64,000 bases of DNA from contig CT868385.1 in the NCBI GenBank assembly GCA_000165425.1, forward strand, positions 372,001 to 436,000, written 5' to 3'. Shown in pieces: positions 12,160-23,913 of this stretch. Below the pieces are notes generated by a model. That model made no database searches and was not told the origin of the DNA. It was given only the letters and a program-made list of their open reading frames with translations. How positions within the stretch are numbered: position 1 is the stretch's first letter; every line of letters begins with the position of its first letter. This DNA comes from Paramecium tetraurelia. Lineage: Eukaryota. Both the position numbers and the translations under genes were made by a program.

Positions 12160-14532
12160 TCAATAATTTATATATTTAATAAAACCCCAAGCTTATAGCC
12201 CATTATCATTTATAATTAGCTTCATGCCCTTAGTGATGTATTCTGGGAAATATTTAAACTTTAGCCTAACAATGTTAGGTTATTTTGGGATTAATTCTAT
12301 AAACTCCATAGATTTTTCATTTTTTTCGTTTATCACAAACAAATCGGTCTTTTTTTGATCTTCGTCATTTGTACAGGATTTGACTTAACTGCTCCCTTTT
12401 CTTCTTGGACTTCTATAAGATTCTTTGTTTAAGCTATTAGAACTGCTTGCTTTTTTGATTTATTCACTCTATTTCCTATAGGATGATCTCGATGATAAAG
12501 TATCAGACTTTTGCATACAAGATTCGTCAATTGATCTTGATTATTTTTTTCTTAATGTTACAGTCTCAAACTATAATTATTCTTCTCTGATTATTTTACA
12601 AATTTATCTAAGAATAATAATGCAATAGATACCTAGTACACTGAGTATTAATCACAGGTTCAAAACTGACTGCAATTTTCTTGGCTTCTTTTTAATCATC
12701 AAATAACCAGATTTCTGCCAAAAAATCCCAAGCTGCCTGTGGGTTGCTCTTTCCTTCTATTAAAACCATTCCTCGTCTTATAGGATTCTGATCTGATCCA
12801 AATTACTGATTGCCTTACTTAAACCTAATTGTGCATATCTATCCACATTATGCAGATTTAACCTAGATTATAATTGAGTATTACTTGAACTCGATTACAT
12901 TAAATTTCTTCAATTTCAATTGGGAAGAAACGACCATGCTTGTCAGGTCCCATTTATAATATTTGTTTAACTCTAATAATTCCTTTGAGAACAGTTCCCC
13001 CCAGCACCTTCTAGTTGTTAATCTCAAAAACATTATGGATGCAATATTCTGAATCTAAGTTTGAATTGTTTGTTAATTCATTTGTTGAAGGTAATAAATT
13101 TAAAAATTTAATAAAATAATCTAATGTCCTCTATTTCATATTAGATATTAAAAATATAGGAATTAGGGTTTTGCTAAGAATCTATTTACTAAACAAGACA
13201 ACATCTTCTTCACTTCTAACAACAATAGGAACACTTTGAATTTATAGACTTTTAATCATGTCTTTTAATTATTCTACTTTGTCCACATAATAATCCTCAG
13301 TGATTTGATCCACATGAGTGATGGCAATCATAAACGGAATTTGTTAGATTTAGATTAATTTAAGAAAATCCATAGTTGGTTTTCCAATTTATTGCAATGA
13401 AGAGATGGTTAATAGAGCATAATCTGGAAATTGAGAATTGACAATCTGAATCATTTAATTATGTGCTCTTTTTGTTCCACCCATATCAATAAAAGTAATC
13501 AGTTTTGTTGATAAATCCACTAATTTCTCCACCATGCAAGTAGGACTGAAGTTTAGTTAATTTTAATGATTCATAATCTTTCCCTCGCTATCAAAACCTA
13601 TAACCGTATGACTCACTCTTTCTGTCTTCCCAGATGTAATTTCAGACCTATTCTTCAGGAACTTCATCCTTGCCAAACCTTGTCCATTATCTAATTGTCC
13701 AGTACTAAGCACACCTAGAAGGGATGTCTTTCCAGATCCACTTTCCCCCAAAAGTAAGATTCTTATATCCAAATTTATCCCGTCCTTCAACCCTTTCCTA
13801 ACTATAACTTCACAGGTTTTGCCATTGGTTCCCTAATTTATTCCAACAACCAATAATTCAGCTTTCAAAGATTAAGCCATCAAACACAGGGTTTTCAATG
13901 ATCCAAGCATATCAGATTTGTTAAGACCCAAGGGATTACCGCTATCCTCAACACCGATTTTATAATATGCCATACCATTTCCCTCTGACAATCTAAAATT
14001 CATCTGGGTTGTTAAATGAGTTAATCTCTTAGGATCAGGATCAACTAGTCTAAGTTTGTATTCTGTATGTCCAAAATCACTCTCCTATTTAAAACAAGAA
14101 ATCTTTGAAATATCCTCTTGAATCGAATACTAAATCCTATCACTTAACTCTTTACTTATTCGTCGATATATTGTTGCAAATCGATCTAGATCTCCTCGTT
14201 ATTTGGTTTTACTAAAAGCACAAATTAAGGTTTTGTTTCATATTTTAGATGCTTGCCAATTAATCAAATAATACTTAATTAAACTCCTATTTTTCTGATT
14301 CATCATCATTGGTTTACATATCTGATTTATGAGACAATTTTCCTTTCTTTTTTTTCTATAGATTCAAGTTTTATTTTCTTTGCTTTTGCTTGTCTGTCAT
14401 CTCTGAAAACTAAGGGTGAGCTTGCTTTTATTGTTTTTTCTTTTCCCTTTTTGATTCTTCTTCATCTATCCCATGCCACAAACTATAAATTCCATTATTT
14501 ATAGTGGATTGTTATTAAAAATCACTTTGCAT
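12160..14532 (-). CDS. GTPBP1/GTPBP2-family translational GTPase-like protein with degenerate G motifs
   Basis: EYKLRLVDPDPKRLTHLTTQMNFRLSEGNGMAYYKIGVEDSG matches the GTPBP2-type N-domain. G1 region LLGESGSGKTSLLGVLSTGQLDNGQGLAR; EF-Tu-like barrels (VLGGTVLKG..GPDKHGRFFPIEI). Confidence 0.88.
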
Positions 14533-15590
14533 CAATAATAGATTGTACAAGTATATTCTTTCTTAAATATAATAATAAATAATTGTAAAATTCAATTTAA
14601 ATGAATTCTCATTTAACATAATTTCTCAGTGACTACATCTGACTAAGTATACTCATTGCAGAAACCAAGATTGTGTGGGTCTACATTCCTCGAAGCAATA
14701 CTTTTTTATTATTTAAATTTAGTCTTTTTCATTTTGGTATTTATCATACACTTTGATTGAATCTTTGTCACTATGTAGGTGTAATAAATTTATTAGAAAA
14801 ATTAATATTAGATTTATCGTAGTACTAATGAAAATGAGGATTATTAATTCTATATTGTTCTTCAGACTCAATAATTTAAACTAATTTTTAGATTGGATAA
14901 AATCGACTCATCTATTTTGGATTTTAATTACACACTCTCTATACATGCTGGAATCTATATATCAAATAATATTGTATCTTCATAAGATTTAATAAGAATT
15001 ACTATTCGTATACAAATATAAAGTTAAAATCTCAATTTTGTTTCACTCTAACTAATAACATATCATATTATTTCTTTTAACAAGAAGCTAATTGTCTTTT
15101 TCAATTCTTTCACCTTTTCATATTATAAAACTACAAATATATACTTTCATGATTAATGTGACTAAATTAATTGCATATCGAATTGCAAATTCTGTTTTTC
15201 ATCCATTTTTGATACAAATGTTGTAGAATTGTGTTGCTGTATTGAGTATTATTCTAAAAATTTTTACTGTATTTTTTCATTTTTAATTGCCATATTTAAT
15301 TTATTTTACCTGTTGATGAATTTATGATGTTAGTATCAAAACTATTTTGATTTTCTTGGTGCTACTATATTTGATTCAAATATAGATCATGATCCCAAAC
15401 AAATTCAAAAATAAAATTAGTTTATTACAGTTATATTAATCTCCTCCAGTTTTGTATAACTTTAAATTAATTTAAGTATCAGAAAATCCATACTAAAATA
15501 ATGAAGAATAATGTAAGAGGGAAATGGAAATATAATTGTCTTTTTTTAAAAAACTTTCATTTTTTGTATATTTATTTTTTTATTTGAATT

Positions 15591-17121
15591 ATGACAGATG
15601 ATGATTTTGAAACTGAGTAAAACTTACTAGGATCGATTTTATCAAGTAAATTTCACTAGTAAATATTAGTAAACGATGAAAATGAGCACTAGGACCAGAA
15701 GAAGTTAAGTGTAAGTGATGAATGCAATTAGGCTCAGACTTAAACAAAACTCTTAAGATAATACAATTTTTAGACCGCAGATACCTTTAGCAAATCCTTT
15801 GAATAAATAAGTTTGGGTTCAGATCAGATTTGTAGCCCCATTTCCCCTGATTAGAAACTGAAATATAAAAATCCAGGGGTTTGCACTTCATTTAGCTCAG
15901 ATAATCAAACAAGTTTAGAGAATTCAATGATTTTTGGAAATGTTTGTTGCTTCGATTACTTTTCAATATAATCAGATTAATTTTCACCAATATATTACAG
16001 TTAAAATAATCCAATTTGGCCTTAATATCAAAAATCAAATCAAAATTTAGATATATAATTAGAAATCGACATTGTAATTTTAATATATTATGATTTACTA
16101 TAGGAAAACATGTGCGGAAACCAAGTGCTTTCGAGGAAAGTTTAAAAAATATTTGAGACCGGATAAACCAATTAAAGACAATAAATATTCTGGAAGGTGC
16201 AAGCTAATTGCCAAGAATTTTCAAAAGACATCTTTGGAAATTACTTAATCCAGAAAATTCTTGAAAAAGGTATATACTATATCAATATTATCTAGGAACT
16301 TTATAATAATAAATTTAGATCTTCAAATAGCTACAACCATATGTAGTTGAATTATCTAAAAATACTTTCGGTTGCCGAGTTATCCAAAAACTTATAGATA
16401 TCATCTCAAAAAATGATCATCTTATAGTTCCATTCATTCAAGAAATTAAATAAAATATCAAATCCCTTTTAACTGATTAAAATGGCAAGTATGTAATACT
16501 AAAATGTTTGGAAAACTTGTCTATAGATGTAGTTAGATTCATATTAAAACCAACAGAGGAACTAGGCTTTCACATGTGTGATTCTTAATATGGGTGTAAA
16601 ATAATCCAAAAATTAATTGATAACTATCCGAAATAGGTGGATACTCTGGTATAAATTTGTATAACCAATTAAAATCTCCTATATAAATCTTAGCATGGTA
16701 ATCACATCCTCTAATATGCCATAAAATTGCCAAAATATTTAGATATCATAGCAAATTACATTTTAAATCATTTAGAAAATTTGTGTTTTAATAAATATGC
16801 GAGTAACACTGTTGAAGATATACTAAAATATTTAACCCCAAAACTTAAGAATAATTTTGTTTAAATTTTAATGAAACCTTCTGAAAATAATGGAATGTAA
16901 ATTATCAATATTATCTTAGGTTCATATTTCTAAACCTAGCTATCAATCCATTTGGAAATTATGTAGTTAAAAAGGTATTGTAAATCTTTGATCAAGAACA
17001 TAAGTAATAACTGGTAGATTTGATGAAATAGAATTTACGGTTGCTTTATTTAATTAAGCAATCTGAATATGGACAAAGAATATATATTTTGTTGACAACA
17101 TAGTTAAATGATTAAAATTGA
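15591..17121 (+). CDS. Pumilio/PUF RNA-binding protein (8 repeats)
   Basis: PUF repeats SKDIFGNYLIQK, SKNTFGCRVIQK, LTDQNGKYVILK, CDSQYGCKIIQK, QHGNHILQY, CFNKYASNTVED and AINPFGNYVVKK after a low-complexity N-terminus. Confidence 0.9.
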
Positions 17122-17762
17122 TAATATTAAAATGATTATAATCTATAAAATTACATGAAGGTTAATTGAAATTTCATAACACTCTATTATCTGATTTAAT
17201 TTTATAAATGAATAATAAAAAATAACCTACAAAACAGCAATTTGGCTTCAGTAATTATTATATTAATGTTGATTCTAATAGTATAAAAATTTGAAATTCA
17301 AGGTGGCAGAAGTTGAAGTTATACTAGGAAATTATCTTAATGATGTCAATAAAGTCAAACCTTAAATAAAATCTTAATTGTTGCCCTTAACATTCATATC
17401 TTATAAGATTTATCTCTAGAAATCTTAGGAGGATATTAATTAAAATAAATATATTCTTTCTAATTATTTTCTTATTTGAAAATTTAATAATCATATCAAA
17501 GTTACAGCACTTAATATATAATGACCTTTAATAGCAACCTTTCATAAACTCAAAGTTTATATATATGACAATGAGATTTAGATTTTAAACTTTGAATCTT
17601 TTAAATGACTGCTATTTATGGATTTATTAGGTATCCTTAAATTAAATAATTGGAGATATTCATTTAGAATATAAAAATATTTAATAAAACAAGTTTGTTA
17701 ATCAAATATATAGTTCTGAAATGGCTTTATAATAAAAACTTATTTAAAAAATCTGTAATCAA

Positions 17763-18206
17763 TCATTTTCTTAGACAGTGAATTCGGTTCCTTTGGTTAA
17801 TCATATGTTGATGAATTTATAAGTAGTTATGTACTAAGATTGAACTTTATTTTTCCAATTAATCTAAGTATTTATATTATTAATCAAACCCAGCATTCAT
17901 ATTAAATTTATCCAATAATTCATCAATTTGTAAGAAGGACTTTTTGTTAAAATTGTTTGTTTTGATTCTCTCTTGTGTGCTTATTTGGGTTGATATATTC
18001 AAAGAGTTATTTGAGATTATGTTAGAAATTGATCTTCCTTTGCTATTTTATTTTTTAAAAGGCGATTAGTTTTTTGATCTTTGACTAGGCATTTAATGAC
18101 TTTATTTTAAATAAGGACTTTTTGTAAGTTGAGGTAGTTTAAGTTTTGAACAAGGACTATTTTCCCTTCTATAAGCTTTCATTAATATTTAATCATTTTT
18201 ATACAT
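17763..18206 (-). CDS. Small basic hypothetical protein (147 aa)
   Basis: Uninterrupted ciliate-code ORF MYKNDQILMKAYRRENSPCSKLKLPQL...RIHCLRK-TGA, with composition typical of Paramecium orphan proteins. Confidence 0.55.
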
Positions 18207-19074
18207 TTATTATAATCTGATATATAAACAATGAGGTTCATCAAAACTACTCAAACTAACAATAGAATAATGCATAAAAAGCATTATAATTCTGCTAGAA
18301 AAATTATAAAATTATGAATAATGTAAATTCTCAAAGTTTATTTTTATCATGCATTTGATGAAAAGAATATATCATGTATATATTAAATTATTTATTTTAA
18401 ACCAAAAAGTGCACAATAGGTTCTAAACTATCTCCAAAAAAGATTAAGAAAATTATAAGAAGCATTGAAAATCCTATTGTTGATCAGTAATCTATTTCTT
18501 CTGTGTGGATTGAAATGTAAATATTAGAGACCAGCCTCATTTAAGAAGAATTCATCATACAGGATTGTTTTCAATAATTTGTAATAAATATTTCATTTTT
18601 AATATTGTTGAATCAATTCCATATTTCATAAAGATTACTTAAAATAAGATTCTTTGTTATAATCTTAGAAAATATTAATTAAGGCTTTGGAAATTTACAT
18701 TATAATTTTTTCATATCTCCTAATAATTATTCCTTTTATATTCTATATTTAAATTTATGCTGCTTATGATAAAATTTTAGATAGTATACCAAAATTGATG
18801 AGGTAGTTAGTTGATTAGACAAAAGAAAGAAAAATAATATTCGAAAATAATTGAACTTTTATACTTTTAAGATTTATTATTACAATTTTTAATTAGTAAA
18901 ATTATTTTATGAATACTGAATTTGAAAATTAAGATTACTTTGTATATATTTAGATTTATCAGATATCTGAAATATGATATAATTTATATGTACAAATATT
19001 TATGGGTAATTATATGTGGTATTATATATTAATAATTTTTAACGAATTATAAATAATTCAAATTTTAAAACCAA

Positions 19075-19598
19075 ATGAAAACTTTTTAAATTAGTAAAGA
19101 CTCATCATTTAGGTACTTCAAACATTAAATTAAGGATCCTAGTGCCATAAAATAGAATTGAAATGGAAGAGGAAACAGTGGAAACATCAATCTAGTTAGA
19201 TTCAAAGAATATTTATCGACCAATTAAGATTATATTTCCTCCTCCAAATCTCCCAAAAATCATTACAAATACAAAGTAAATTATTTATTAATGAAAGATC
19301 ATGTAATTGCAAGAAATCCTAATGCTTAAAACAATATTGTGATTGCTTTGCTAACGGATAAATGTGCTCAGAAAATTGTAATTGTGTTGGTTGTTTCAAT
19401 AATACACTTAATATGGAATAAAGAAAGGAGGCCAAAGTGTAAATTATTAATCGAGACCCTGGAGCTTTTAAATAAAGTTTCAAAGGGTGCAATTGTAAAA
19501 AGTCTGGATGCCAAAAGAAATATTGTGAATGTTTTTTAAGTGGTCTAGCATGTACACATTTGTGTAGATGTGATGGATGTCTCAATTGCTCAAAGTGA
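19075..19598 (+). CDS. Tesmin/TSO1/LIN54-like CXC-hinge-CXC protein
   Basis: [34 protein letters not shown], hinge INRDPGAF, then [34 protein letters not shown]; two tiny introns. Confidence 0.93.
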
Positions 19599-20565
19599 TA
19601 TTTTTATATAATTAATTTCAATCAAAAGAGTTAGAATTAACAATTTAATTTATTAATACTTTAATTATGATAATAATCTAAATAATTGACAGTATAATTT
19701 TGAAGTCAATATTTAAACAGTATAGTAAATATCAAGTATTACAACTTTGATATTTTTGAATCACTAGAATCTACTCTAATAATTTGAATACCTATTAAAT
19801 CTAAAGATTCTCATGATTGTATTAATATGGAGGATAAATAAGACTGTAATTACTCATATATCAACATTCTTTTCGATTTGAAGAAGATCTATTAGCACTT
19901 GAGAGTTATTATATTTTATAATAATATCTATTGATTTCTTTGTATTAAATTAATTAGTTGTATATAATACTATTTTTATCATTTATTAAAATATATAACA
20001 TATATACTTTTATTCTCAATTCAATGATACAACGTTGGACTTGGTTAATGACTCCAACTCTTTTTCAAAGTTAATCAGACAACCTTATATAATTAAAATT
20101 GTTATATTTTTATTCATTCTTCTAAAAATGAATAAATTATTATTCTCGAACTATATGGAGATATTTGATAAAGGTTAATCAATATAATATAATTAGAATT
20201 CATACAATTTAAATTACTTATTTAGATTGTTTATATAACAAACTTATCTTTATAATATTATATAATTATAGAATAAAATTTATCTTTTGATTGACTTTTG
20301 GATTCTTGAAACATTGCCTTTGGACATGAATTCAGTAAATATAGTAAAAAATGGAATAATTTAGTGAATGAGAAGTAATCCTGGTTTGTTTCTATTTTGA
20401 GCTCTTTTATCAATAGTTTGACCCTGCTGTTACGTTAAAGAGAACTAATTTTTAATAATATGAATATTGCATTGAATGAATAAGGGGGGATTCTGTTATT
20501 CTAGAGGTGGGGAATAATAGAAATAATTGATTTAAATATACAATTATTTAAAACATATAAATAAA

Positions 20566-23500
20566 ATGTTAGGCAAAAAATAGAGTTCATGTGTTGGCTT
20601 CAATCCATTTAGTAAATTTACAAAAGAAAAGCCAAGTATAAGTACGAAAATCATCAACAAATTGAAAAGCTTGTTTTAGGTCAATTTAAATCCTTCTTCT
20701 TGTATATAAAGGGAACTTATATCTCAATAGACAATATATGTTCCTGTAAATTCAGAAATAGTTGGAGCTTAAATAATAGAGCAAGGTATCTTTGATTTAC
20801 ATTTTAGATTCCATAAAAATATGCCATTCACAGAGCAGCCAAAGATAAAGGAGAAATAAAATTACGAGCTTTGATGATCATGTCAAAGAATAACAAAGTG
20901 TAATACTTCAGTAAAGTGAAATGTCCTCAAAAGTTTAACAAAAAGAGGAAAAAGAGTTGACAAAGCTGAATAGTAGATATAAAACATATTAAGAATTAGA
21001 ATTTAAATAAAGTTACGAACATGTTTTGCCTGAGGACATTGAGAATTCTGAGAGGAAAGAAAAGAAGGCCAATCATCCGCTTCGAAAGCTGAGTTCTCAA
21101 AAATACAAAAAAAGAAAACTTGATGGTATGATTTTGAAATAATGTTAGAGAAAAAGAAAGAAGTGGGTATTAAAATTGCACACAAGAAACATGTATACGA
21201 TAAAATCTAGGATAGCATAAATGAGAGTAGAATCTAAGAAGTTTAAGAATAAATAAGCGATGATTCCCTTAAAAACAACAGTCTTCTAGCAGGCGGGTTA
21301 AAAGAGGAGCCATAAATTAAAGAAATAATTATAGTTTAATTAAATGATACTAAACCTAAATAGCCAGAGCCACCAATGTTGACTATTAACGAAATAATAG
21401 AACATCAATCTAAAGGCTTAAAGAAATCCTAGTCAATGATTAATTTGAATGAATAGGAAGTAAAGTCATTTTCTTGCAGTCCTAAAAAAATTGAAAATTC
21501 CCAATCCCGAAAACAATCTGATGTGATAAGTAAAATTAATGAGCCTAAAGAATCTGAACAATAAAAAGATGAAGTAATTTAAAAGAAAGAAGAGGAAAAT
21601 TAAACAGAATCATAAGCGCAACCACAACAAAGTGTTATTGATTTTCTAGTATAAGGACCTGCCAAATAAGAGAAAACTACAACATTCCAAATTAATTTAA
21701 TTAATAAAGTAGTCCCTGAAGAGAAGAAGCCTTTTGAATAATAAGAAAAAAATATCATTAATTTTTCAGACACTCCTTTGTTTGGTCTTGCAAAGTCTAG
21801 TGAAGGTGGACAAATTCTTGCTAATAAAATCAATGTATAATCATCCTTATTCCCATCTTGTGATTCAAAGGAGTTGAATCAACAACAATCATCTCATCAA
21901 AGTTCAGGTTAAAATTTGTAATAAAACTAATTCACCTTCTAAAATAAACCGAATGCTTCTGAAGTTCAACAATAGCCTTCAATCTCTGAATCTTCAAGTT
22001 CCAATGTAAATAATAAAAAAGATTCTACGGATTAGTAGCCAAAAATAGAAGAAAATAAGCAAATCTTTAGTCTCTTCAATAATTTTTCTGGAAATTAAAA
22101 CGATTAGCTCAACACAAACGATTAATTCCCTCATAAGAAACAACTTTTCTTCTAAAATTTAAGTAATGTAGTTCAATCTACATAAGGAGAACAGAAGGCA
22201 GATAGCAAATAGGATTAAGCAGACGAGAGTACATTGATACAATAAAAGCCAGAAGAATAAAAATCAGGATTTCTCTTCTCGGAATTTAATCTTCTAAATC
22301 CAAATGTCAAAAGCTAAGCAGATAAGAATAATATAACGATAACCTAAAAGGAACAAGAACAGCCAACTTAATCACTCCTGTTTTTGTTCAATCAAAATGA
22401 TAAGAATAGTAAAGAAAAACCATCCACTGGTTTATTTAATGATCTTTTATTGAAATAAAATGATAAAGACAAACCAAAATCGGAGGCCAACGGTGAAGAA
22501 AAACTTCCATATTTAGGTAATATCCTTAATGCATAAATCAATCCAGTTCAAGAAAATAAAGATGCAACCAATCCTCCTCTTGCAGTACCATCATTATTTG
22601 GTGGAGATAATCTTCATATTTTAGGAAGTAAAAACAATACTATGGAGACTCCAACAAATTAGGATTCCAAATAATAACAATAACAAATTAATTCTTCTAA
22701 ATTGGAAATCTAAACACCATTAGCTAATTCTATTGGATTGAATTGTTAATGGAAATCGTCATCTGATGATCACAAAAACAATTAATTTAATATCAGTAGT
22801 GAACCAAAACCTTAATAAAAGCAATCTCCTTTTGCATTTTTGCAAGATCAACGAAAAACCGACAATAGTAAATCTGAGAGTTTGTCTTCTGATCCAATAA
22901 ATAAATCAGCGGTAACCCCAGTAAAACCTATTGATAATCCCTTTTTATAATAATCACCCAAAATCGATCAAGAACAAATAAACTCGTACTTTTCAAATCA
23001 ATCTTAATAGAGTAAAATTATTTAGGATGATCAGATTAGAATTTAGACCTCTCAATTTAAAAATGAGCTATTTTAATAATAACATAACGGACCATCCATG
23101 TTTCAGTAAACATCATATCCACAGTAATAACCATAGTAAACACTACAATTATAACCTGCATAACCATCGCTATATTTCCCAAATTCCATCCCCTAATAGA
23201 ATCCATTAATGCCATAAAATTCATTACTTTAGTTAAATACAAATAATAATAACATGATGAATAATACTATGATTAATAACAATATTATGAATAATAATAA
23301 TATGATGAATAACATGATGAGTAATAATAATATGATGAACAATAATGACATGAATCAGGAAATGGAATTCCCTGAAGCTACTTAAGGTCCTCAACCACTA
23401 TTACTTGGACAATAGTAATCATAATAGTAGACTCCATTTTCATCATATCGATAACTTGGAGCACCAGGTTTCCCTCCCTATATGCAATCTCAAATGTCAG

Positions 23501-23706
23501 GTACTTAAAAGGCAGTTTCATTGTTCTAAAACTAATAACCACCCATTGATATTGGAACAAGTTTATTTAACCCTGTTAATCCTACTAATGGTATAAAAAA
23601 TGTATTATTTTAAGGTCTATTCTCCCATGATCAACCTAAGTCGAATAGTTTAAACAGTAGCTTCACGAGTAAGAATGGACAAAAAAAGAAATAAAGATTT
23701 AATTGA
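20566..23706 (+). CDS. Large low-complexity, probably disordered protein; possible divergent FG/FxF-type nucleoporin
   Basis: About 1,020-aa ORF with three tiny introns. Spaced SLF/GLF/LFG/FxF motifs, a Q/N/P-rich C-half and a basic end KKKQRFN. The gene is well supported; the function is inference. Confidence 0.6.
23242..23355 (+). repeat. Coding (AAT/ATG)n low-complexity tract encoding an Asn/Met-rich segment
   Basis: Reads NNNNMMNNTMINNNIMNNNNMMNNMMSNNNMMNNNDMN. Confidence 0.85.
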
Positions 23707-23913
23707 GCTAAGATAATATTATTTTTTAATTTATCATTATTTATTCATTGAAATCAATAGACTAAATTGTCATAACTCTTTAAATTCTCCTATATTAGTT
23801 GATAACTAAATATATGTGAATACAAATATCTATAAACAAATTATTTTGACCTAATAATAAATTGATAAGGGATATATGATTATATATTTTAAAAAAAATG
23901 AAATATTTTTCTA

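Noticed and set aside
14600..15580. Possible gene on the minus strand ending ..KKYCFEECRPTQSWFLQ-TGA
   Set aside because: No consistent start-to-stop model with plausible introns could be built; long TGA-free frames arise by chance in code 6.
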